Position numbers and translations under genes: made by a program. Source: Planctomycetota bacterium (GTDB lineage Bacteria > Planctomycetota > UBA1135 > UBA2386). From it: DNA of 64,000 nucleotides. Of the stretch, positions 46,607-54,143 are shown piece after piece; the stretch's first letter is position 1; each line of letters opens with the position of its first letter. The notes below the pieces were generated by a model. It was not told the DNA's origin. It searched no databases and saw only the letters and a list, made by a program, of their open reading frames with translations. The stretch spans positions 992,001 to 1,056,000 of the forward strand of contig JBKAGP010000001.1 in NCBI GenBank assembly GCA_046290465.1. Reading direction: 5' to 3'.

Positions 46607-49093
46607 TCACACCGTCAGGATGGAATCGACCAGCGTGCCGACGTCGATGATCAGTGCGACGCGGCCATCGGTCATGATCGCGCCGCCGGACAGGCCGACG
46701 ATGCGGTCGCGGGACATGCCCAGGGACTTGATGACGACCTGCTGCTGGCCGACGATCTCGTCGACGAACAGGCAGCTGCGCTGGCCGTCGACCTCGACGA
46801 CGATCAGGATGCCCTCGTCGAGGTCGTCGGTGCCGTCGACCTGGTCGAACACGTCCTTCAGCCGGTAGATCGGCAGCACGGCGCCGCGCACGTGCACGCA
46901 CTCGCCGCGGTCGACCACGTGGTGCACGTCGTCGACGTTGGGACGGAAGCTCTGCTCGATGCTCAGCGTCGGCACCACGTAGCGGCTCTTGCCGACGCGC
47001 ACGATCATGCCGTCGATGATCGCCAGCGTCAGCGGCAGGCGCAGGCGGAACGTGGTGCCCTCGCCGAGCACGCTCTCGATCTCGATCTTGCCGCGCAGCG
47101 CCTCGATGTTGCGGCGCACGACGTCCATGCCGACGCCGCGACCACTCAGGTCGGTGACCTTCTCGGCGGTCGAGAAGCCCGGCAGGAAGATCATGTTGAA
47201 GACTTCGCTGTCGCTCATCGACTGCGCGTTGGTGTCGGCGGCGATCAAGCCCTTCGACACGGCCTTCTCGAACACCTTGCTGCGGTCGATGCCGCGGCCG
47301 TCGTCGCGGATCTAGATGACGATCGAACCGCCCTGGTGGTAGGCGCTCAGCGACAGCTGGCCTTCCTCGTCCTTGCCGACCGTGCCCCGGTCCGCGGGCG
47401 CTTCGATGCCGTGGTCGATCGCGTTGCGGATCATGTGCACCAGCGGATCCGAGATCTGCTCGACGACGTTGCGGTCGAGCTCGGTGTCCTCGCCGGCGAT
47501 CGTCAGGTTGACGCGCTTCTTGGACTTGCTGGCGACGTCGCGCACCAGGCGCGCCATCTTCTGGAAGGTCGACTTGACGGTGACCATGCGCAGCGACATC
47601 GCCGCCTCCTGCAGGTCCCGCGTGATCTTGCCGACCTGGCCGATGTTGCGCGACAGCCCCTGGCTGTCGAGGCGCTGGATCGCCGGGTCCTGCAGCACCA
47701 TCGACTGCGCGATGACCAGTTCGCCGACCATGTCGACCAGCATGTCCAGGCGCGTCGTGCTGACCTTGATGGTGCGCTCGACGCGCGCGGCCTTGACCTC
47801 GACCTTCTTCTTGGCCGGCGGCTGCGGCGTGACCACGGCCGGCCCATCGCCGGCGGACGAACCTCCAGCGGGCCCATCCCCGGCGGGCGACGCACCGGCG
47901 GGCGTTTGCTCGGATGGCGTCGCCCCCGCGGGCGTCGCCGCGGTCGCCTGGCTCTTCGCGACGGCCAGCTTCTCGGCAGCCTCTTCGGCCGGCTCTTCGG
48001 CCGGCTCTTCGCCCGGCTTCGGCCCGTCCTGCTGCGACGCTTCCGGCGGCGCCGACTCGGCGTCCACCCGGCGATCGGCGCGTTCGGCCAGCTGGTCCTT
48101 GAGCTGCTGCCACGCACCGACGGTCGGCGCGTCCTGGCCCTCGAGCGCGGCGATCATCTGCGTGATCATGTCGCCGGCCGCGAGCACCAGATCGATGTCC
48201 TCGGCGTCGAACACGAAGCGCCCGGAACGGCCACCGTCGAGCAGCGTCTCGGCGACGTGCGCCAGCTCCACCACCGCCGTCAGGTTCAGGAACCCGGCGA
48301 CGCCCTTGATGGTGTGAAACGCGCGGAACGTCAGGTTGAGGTTCTCGACGTTGTCGGGCTCGCGCGACAGCTCGACCATCGCGACCTCGGCGTCCGCAAG
48401 GTGCGAGCGCGCCTCCGAGACGAACTCCGCCTTGACGTCGTGCGTCAGCCGTTCGACGAACTGCTTGATCTGGTCGCCGAACGCCAGCAGCGTGTCGACC
48501 GGGAACGGCTGGCCGCTCTCGACGATCGCGTCGATCGTCGTCTCCGCCTGGTGGCAGAGCGTCTGCGGCGTGAGCATGTTGAGCACACCGAACTCGGCCT
48601 TCAGCGTGTGCACCGTGCGACGGATGCCCGACACGGTCTCCTCGAAGCGGTCGCCGGCCGACTCGACCGACAGCAGCTCCTCCTCGAGATCGGTCAGCGC
48701 ACCGAGCGCGTTGCCGACGAACATGCCGACGGTCTCGGCGAACTGCTGGTCCTCGGCGTCGCTGCCGACCGACAGCACTTCCGGCGCCTGGATGCCGTCG
48801 GTCGCGTCGCCGTTCTCGGCGGCCGCGGCCCACTGCTCGGCGAACGTGACGACCTCGTCGAGGTGCCGCTGGATCAGCTCCGCGTGCTCGGCCAGCTGCT
48901 CGTTGCCGAGCAGCGTCGTGATGGTCTCGGCGCCGGCCTCACACAGCAGCGCGAGCTGCTCGCAGGCCTCTTTGCGCGCCTCCTTCTCGACCTCGCGCAT
49001 CTTGCTGGCGACGTCTGCCGCGAGCGCGGTGCCGCCGTCCTGGAAGCGGTCGACGAGCTCACGAAGGCTCTGGATTCCCGTAGCGATCGACAT
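46607..49093 (-). pseudogene. cheA: chemotaxis histidine kinase CheA (two Hpt domains) interrupted by one in-frame TAG
   Basis: ORFs 47312-49093 and 46607-47275 share a frame. Reading through gives 'HQGGSIVI*IRDDGRGID...FLPGFSTAEKVTDLSGRGVGMDVV', with TAG at 47312-47314. Hpt motifs 'VHTLKA' and 'FHTIKG'. Could be a sequencing or assembly error. Confidence 0.8.
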
Positions 49094-49187
49094 GGGCGTT
49101 GTTCGCCCCAGTCATCGGTTTCCCCTGCTCGCCGACTTGAGAGTCCCGCGCTGCGCAAGATGCCGTCAGGAACAACCCTACGGTTGC

Positions 49188-50198
49188 TCAGCGACCGCTG
49201 CGCAGCGCCGCGCCACACAGCTTGTACAGCACGCGCGCGCCGACGTTGGCGTCCCACTCGTCGTCGCCGGGCGCGACCTCGACCAGATCGAAACCGACCA
49301 CCTGACGGCCGCTGTCGGCGAGCCGCTGCAGCAGGTGCGCGAGCTCGGCGAACTGCAGCCCGCCCGGCACCGGCGTGCCCGTGTTGGGGCACAGCGCCGG
49401 GTCCAGGCCGTCGATGTCGACGCTGATCCAGACCCGCTGCGGTAGCGCCTGCAGCGCCTCGTCGACCAGCGCATCGAACGTCACGCCGGCGAAGCGCCGC
49501 CGCTGCCAGTCCGCGTCGAAGTGCGTCACGACCCGGCCGTCGCTGCCGTGGATCGCGCGCAGCTCGCCTTCGCCGTAGTCGCGGATGCCGACTTGCACCA
49601 GCCGCTGCACCCCGGGGCAGTCGGCCAGCACGTTGTGCATGATCGACGCATGGCTCCAGCGAAACCCCTCGTAGGCGTCGCGCAGGTCGGCGTGCGCATC
49701 GACGTGCAGGATGCCGAGCGGCTGGCGCGCGGCCGCCGCAGCGATCGCGGCGTACGGGATCGAATGGTCGCCGCCGAGCACCCCGACGATCTGGCCCGCA
49801 TCGAGCAGCGGCTCGACCTGCGCCCGCAGCGAACGGTTGACCCGTTCGCCCGCGGCATCGACGTCGCGGACCCGCGCGTCGCCAGGCTCGACCCCGCCGG
49901 CCGCGAGGATCGGCGCCGCCAGCTCCCGCGCCTGCTGGTGCGCCTCGACGACCGCCGGATCGGCCTCGAGCAGGTGGATGCCCGCCTCGTAGACCCGGCC
50001 GAAGTGGAAGTCGAACAGGTCGACCTGGTGGCTGGCGGCGAGCATCGCGTCCGGCCCGTTCTCGGCGCCGCCGCCATACGACACGGTCGCCGCAAACGGC
50101 ACCGGCACCAGCACGATCCGGGCGTCCCCGACCGGGCAGTCGAGGCCAAAGATGCCGCTGTCCGGCGTGGCTGCCGCGTCAGGATCGAAACCGCTCAT
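49188..50198 (-). CDS. speB: agmatinase/ureohydrolase-family enzyme
   Basis: 'LGGDHS', 'HVDAHADLR', 'SHAS', 'SVDIDGLDP..CPNTGTPVPGG', 'DLVEV'. Confidence 0.85.
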   Translation of the reverse strand: MSGFDPDAAATPDSGIFGLDCPVGDARIVLVPVPFAATVSYGGGAENGPDAMLAASHQVDLFDFHFGRVYEAGIHLLEADPAVVEAHQQARELAAPILAAGGVEPGDARVRDVDAAGERVNRSLRAQVEPLLDAGQIVGVLGGDHSIPYAAIAAAAARQPLGILHVDAHADLRDAYEGFRWSHASIMHNVLADCPGVQRLVQVGIRDYGEGELRAIHGSDGRVVTHFDADWQRRRFAGVTFDALVDEALQALPQRVWISVDIDGLDPALCPNTGTPVPGGLQFAELAHLLQRLADSGRQVVGFDLVEVAPGDDEWDANVGARVLYKLCGAALRSGR

Positions 50199-50256
50199 GC
50201 AGGCCGATTCAGCAGGTTCGGCGGCGCGGCGCAAGGCGCCAGGCGCGGTAGACGGT

Positions 50257-50395
50257 AAAAAAAGGCTCCCTGGCTGGGGGTTGTTCGGTCTTGCGCGTCA
50301 GGAGGAAGTCGAAGCGTCGTTCGAACGGGGAGGAGAGAATCCAGCCAGGGAGCCCACCTCGTCTCGTTTGCGGGTCCATGCCACCCGCACCCGCA
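50257..50395 (-). ncRNA. candidate structured sRNA or leader RNA
   Basis: Perfect 14-bp stem (50264-50277 / 50341-50354) enclosing 63 nt with C/U-rich tracts, followed by U7 on the minus strand. A 7-bp hairpin at 50369-50389 lies upstream. Confidence 0.5.
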
Positions 50396-50536
50396 TCTAC
50401 TCATAAATCGCAGGAGAGTTACACCCCCTGCAGGAGACTTTTTGGCAACGGCTTGCTACCGGGGCCTCGGAGAACGTGGTTTTGCCCCTTGAGTCCGGGC
50501 GAACGATCTGCTTTAACGCTTCGCCCGAAACGGTTT

Positions 50537-50613
50537 GGCAGGATAGCTCAGTCGGTTAGAGCGAAGGCTTCATAAGCCTTAGGTCCCCGGTTCAAGTCCG
50601 GGTCCTGCTACCA
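50537..50613 (+). tRNA. tRNA with CAT anticodon (elongator Met or Ile2; not initiator-like)
   Basis: Acceptor stem GGCAGGA/TCCTGCT, D arm GCTC..GAGC, anticodon stem AAGGC/GCCTT with loop TTCATAA, T loop GTTCAAG, encoded CCA. Lacks the three consecutive G-C pairs of initiator tRNA. Confidence 0.95.
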
Positions 50614-50964
50614 CTTCGCGGAGCGGAACGGGCGTTCGCTCGCGTCCGACTGCGCCTCGCGACCGCGCGTCTGCCAGGCCGCGGGACCCGCGCGCTGCAG
50701 CGTCGCGATCCCTCCGGATCGACCATGGCTCGAGATGCTCAGCGGGCCTGCAGCGTGGTCCACTCAAGGCTGCCGAGTCGAAGAGCCCTCGACACCCAGC
50801 CTGGGCTCCGGCAGCGCGTTGTGATCAGGCGGGAAGACACCCTCGACGGAAGCGCGCCATACGATTCCGTGGCCGCCCAGCACGGGCAGCACGATGTCCG
50901 TGAGGCCGTCGCCGGTGGCGTCGCCGGTCGCATGGCACCCGCCGTAGCGGGCAAAGCCCCGTCC

Positions 50965-51030
50965 GCACGCGTACACGCCGCTTCCGCGATCACGGTCGGC
51001 AGCGCGTCCACTACATGGACGCGCTCCTAG
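50965..51030 (-). repeat. hairpin repeat (REP/MITE-like), copy 2
   Basis: Inverted copy of 33476-33541 with 3 mismatches; CTAG at 51027-51030. Confidence 0.8.
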
Positions 51031-51217
51031 AGGCGGAAAGCGGGCAGGACGCGGTTCGTGTCGGCAAGGCTCGGAGCCTCTACGGCGCCGAAGGCACCCC
51101 AGGCGGCGGTCAGCACGAAGCAGAGCGAATTGGTCATGTCGGGTTCCCCTCGAGGGTGTCCGTTTCTCGACGCGCGCAGCGAGCAAGGCGAGGTCGTAGT
51201 CGCCTATGCTGGCCGTC

Positions 51218-52162
51218 ATGCAGTCCAAGGCTCTCCGACCGCTCGCCGGCCTGACGCTCGCCGCAGCCGCGCTTCTGGCCGACCCGCTGGCAGCGCAGCA
51301 GGACGACGAACCCACGCGCCGCTCCCTCGCCGACGGCCTCGTGCGGCAGCGCATCGAGATCGACCGGCTCGCGCCGCTGAAGCTGACCGTCGGCAAGGAG
51401 CTCGCCAGCGGCAACGTTCCGATGGTCCTGCTGGTGCGCCGCGGCGGCGGCAAGCTCGAGCCGTACACAATCGAGCGCGGGCTCGGCGACCACGGTGCCT
51501 CGCCCGAACCGGAAGGCGTGGAGCTCGCACCCGAGCAGGAGATCGAGGTGCGCAAGCCGGGGGCGAAACGACAGCCGAAGCCCAAGGGCAAGGCGAAGCC
51601 ACGCGAGAAGGTGCGGCAGGCGTCGCTGGACGTCGTGCGCAAGACGCCCGACGGCGCGGCGCCGTTCGTGAACGTGGCGGGCATCCGTCTCGAGTTCGAC
51701 GCGGGCACCCTGCAGACGAAGCGCCTGCGCCCGCTGCTGCAGCGGCTGTTCGACAAGCGCAAGGGCACAGGCGTCGCCGACGTGATGGTGCTGCGCGCGA
51801 CCAACGACACGCCGCTGCAGGACGTGCTGGCGGTCTGGGAGCTCGCGCACGACGTCGGCTTCCGTAAGCCGCTGTTCAGCGGTCTGCAGGGCATCCGGCC
51901 GATGGACGCGGACGCCAAGAAGGTCCTGACCGGGCTACCCAAGCGCTTCGCCTGGCCCTCGCGGCGCCTGCGTGCCAACAACCAGAAGGTCTTCGAAGGT
52001 GAGCTGCTGCTGCTGCTCGAGAAGGCGACCACGTGGGGCGACTTCGTCTCCATCTACGCGCAGTGCGCGCAAACCGGCATCTGGCGCATCTCCCTGGTCG
52101 GACAGCGCGGCAAGGAACGCGTCAAGCTGCCGATCGACCTGCCGTTCGACGGCGGCATGTGA
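51218..52162 (+). CDS. secreted hypothetical protein with two ExbD/TolR-like segments
   Basis: Signal peptide ending LAA/QQ; 'VMVLRATNDTPLQDVLAVWELAHDVGF' and 'LLLLLEKATTWGDFVSIYAQCAQTGIWRISL'. Confidence 0.6.
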   Translation: MQSKALRPLAGLTLAAAALLADPLAAQQDDEPTRRSLADGLVRQRIEIDRLAPLKLTVGKELASGNVPMVLLVRRGGGKLEPYTIERGLGDHGASPEPEGVELAPEQEIEVRKPGAKRQPKPKGKAKPREKVRQASLDVVRKTPDGAAPFVNVAGIRLEFDAGTLQTKRLRPLLQRLFDKRKGTGVADVMVLRATNDTPLQDVLAVWELAHDVGFRKPLFSGLQGIRPMDADAKKVLTGLPKRFAWPSRRLRANNQKVFEGELLLLLEKATTWGDFVSIYAQCAQTGIWRISLVGQRGKERVKLPIDLPFDGGM

Positions 52163-52175
52163 CAGCCGGCGCGGA

Positions 52176-52640
52176 TCAGCGCCGGACCAGCTTCATGTAG
52201 ACGTTGCGGTCGAGCTCGAACCGCTCGACCTGCTTGCCGACCGCGACGTCGACCGGCTCGGCGCCGACCTCCGGGGCCGCGCCGAAGTCGCCCAGGTCGA
52301 CGTTGCCTTCGCGCTCGAACGGCGGCTCCTGGCCCGCGTGCACGACCCCGGTGACCTTCAGCGGCGGCTGCAGGTCGACCTGCATGCGCGTCGCCTCGGC
52401 GACGACGCGGAAGGTGATCTTGTTGCTGCCCTCGATGCGCTTGTCGCCCGGAAGGACGCGGAGCGAGAGCGCGAAGTGCTGCACGTCCCACCAGGCGCGC
52501 TCGGCCACGACGGAGCCGCGCAGGCGGGCCTGGCGGTCGCCGGGCTTGTCCTGCGAGCCTACCGGAATGGCATACAGGGCAAGGAAGAGCGTGACCCCAA
52601 GTCGTTGGACCAGCGAGTTCGCGGTTCGCAGTATGCGCAC
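52176..52640 (-). pseudogene. internally deleted M1-family aminopeptidase remnant
   Basis: M1-like N-terminus 'LRGSVVAERAWWDVQHF.L...IEGSNKITF...MQVDLQPPL...FEREGN' joined within ~40 aa to 'FELDRNVYM'. No GxMEN or HExxH motif. Confidence 0.6.
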
Positions 52641-52661
52641 AGTCCATGCGCGGCGGCGCTG

Positions 52662-53504
52662 CTACCGGCCAGACTCACCCCGAAGGTGCATGGCCATACC
52701 CTCGTCTACCGCGAACCGGTCCGGGATCAGCGCTGCCTGTAGCGCGTCGATACGACGGGACTTCTCCGCCTCACTCAGGCTGCGGTCCCTACGAATGGCG
52801 CCGATCTGCGACCTTGCGGAACGATGCGCTTCCAGGCGTTCGACGCGATTCTGGTAGTCCAGGTTGTTCCAGTTGCCGATGTACTCCTCATCGACGGCCA
52901 CCTGGAGCTGGTCCCGTTGTGCGATCAGCGCCGCCAGATCGCGGGCGACGTGAACCGCAATCGACAGCTCACAGACCGTATCGCGATTCGTCCGGTAGGG
53001 CCCGGACATCAGTTGTTGCACGCCAAGGGGAAGGTTCCGCGGGGACTCCCCCGACGAGAGGATCTCATAGTGCCCCGCTTCGATGGCGAGCACAGCCGCG
53101 TCAGCCTTGCCGGCCAACAACAGCAGCTCGGACTGGCGGAGCAGCCGCTGCAGGTCGGTCTCCTTCGGATCCTCGCGACTCTCGAGCACGCTCATCGCGT
53201 CCTGCCGATAGCCGGCTGCCGTTTCGCGCCAGGCCGCCGCAGCCCTGAGGGCTTCACCATCCGCCAAAAGCAGCCGCGCCGCGGAGCGACCCGCAGCAGA
53301 CGCGCGCTCCGGCGCCCCATCAACCGGCCTACTCACTTCGTGCTGCTCGCCCCGTTGTGAACCATTCCGCCCGCCAGAAGCAACCGCAGCCTCACCGCCA
53401 GGCGGCGCCGCACCCGTGGATCCCAGCGTCCACCAGACCACAGCCGCAGCGCCTGCGGCCATGGCCCCCAGCGCGACGACGGACCGGTAGGCGCTAGCGC
53501 GCAC
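52662..53504 (-). CDS. hypothetical membrane-anchored helical protein
   Basis: 280-aa ORF with an N-terminal hydrophobic stretch; atypical codon usage; no recognised motif. Confidence 0.55.
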   Translation of the reverse strand: MRASAYRSVVALGAMAAGAAAVVWWTLGSTGAAPPGGEAAVASGGRNGSQRGEQHEVSRPVDGAPERASAAGRSAARLLLADGEALRAAAAWRETAAGYRQDAMSVLESREDPKETDLQRLLRQSELLLLAGKADAAVLAIEAGHYEILSSGESPRNLPLGVQQLMSGPYRTNRDTVCELSIAVHVARDLAALIAQRDQLQVAVDEEYIGNWNNLDYQNRVERLEAHRSARSQIGAIRRDRSLSEAEKSRRIDALQAALIPDRFAVDEGMAMHLRGESGR

Positions 53505-53880
53505 TATCGTCCTTCTTCGCCTTGCACTGCCGACAGCGGAAGATGGCGCTGATCTCGAATCGAAGACCGTTGTCGGCCGAGCAGACGGCCGAGAGCTTCT
53601 TGGTTACGTCGCCCTTGTCATCACAGGCGAGACCTCCGGGCACACTGAGCGTCTTCGTGATGTCCTCACCAGCACACCGGGTCCCTACAGAAACGCCGTC
53701 CTGCTGGATATCCAAACAACCCACACCATGCGGAGTAGTCCGACTCGTCGAGCAGCAGGTTGTCTGCTGAGCTCCGCAGCCAAATACCGTCAGCTTGACG
53801 GAGTAGCTCTTGTGTTTGCAGCTAACCGCATCGTCGGGACACTCTTCGAGCTTGTGACACCTTCCAGGCGTGTCTGCGCC
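53494..53880 (-). pseudogene. 5'-truncated Cys-rich coding fragment
   Basis: About 125 codons with 12 Cys, ending CRQCKAKKDDSAR*. More AT-rich than its flanks; no convincing start before an abrupt junction near 53880. Confidence 0.45.
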
Positions 53881-54120
53881 CGACGGCGGGACCACCGCGC
53901 GATCGGTCTGACGCTGCTGCACGTGCGCTTCCGCGTGCACCGGCCCGCGGGCGAACTCCGCTCGGTGCTCGGCGGCTACCGCAACCGCTTCCAGGCGCTC
54001 GCCGACGCGGTCACCGAGACCGAGCCGACGCTCGACGAGGCGCTGCTGGCGTCGATGCCGGTCGTCGCCCTGCTGTGCGAGCCGATCGACTCGCTCGCGG
54101 ACCGCTGGCGGAACGGCACG
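53881..54120 (+). pseudogene. 3' remnant of another gene (resembles the C-terminus of long GlmS-like SIS-domain proteins)
   Basis: 'IGLTLLHVRF...LRSVLGGYRNRFQALADAVTETEPT.DEALL...LLCEPIDSLADRWR' with strong coding codon bias but no start. Family assignment is from memory only. Confidence 0.4.
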
Positions 54121-54143
54121 CTGCAGGCCCTGACGGCGCGGGG

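Noticed and set aside
47312..47314. Genome-wide amber recoding or pyrrolysine
   Set aside because: TAG ends many genes here at their expected termini (ATPase, secretin, rodA, mreB), and no pyl genes or suppressor tRNA are in the window.
50443..50457. Sigma54 promoter TGGCAACGGCTTGCT before the tRNA
   Set aside because: GG-to-GC spacing is 9 nt rather than the required 10.
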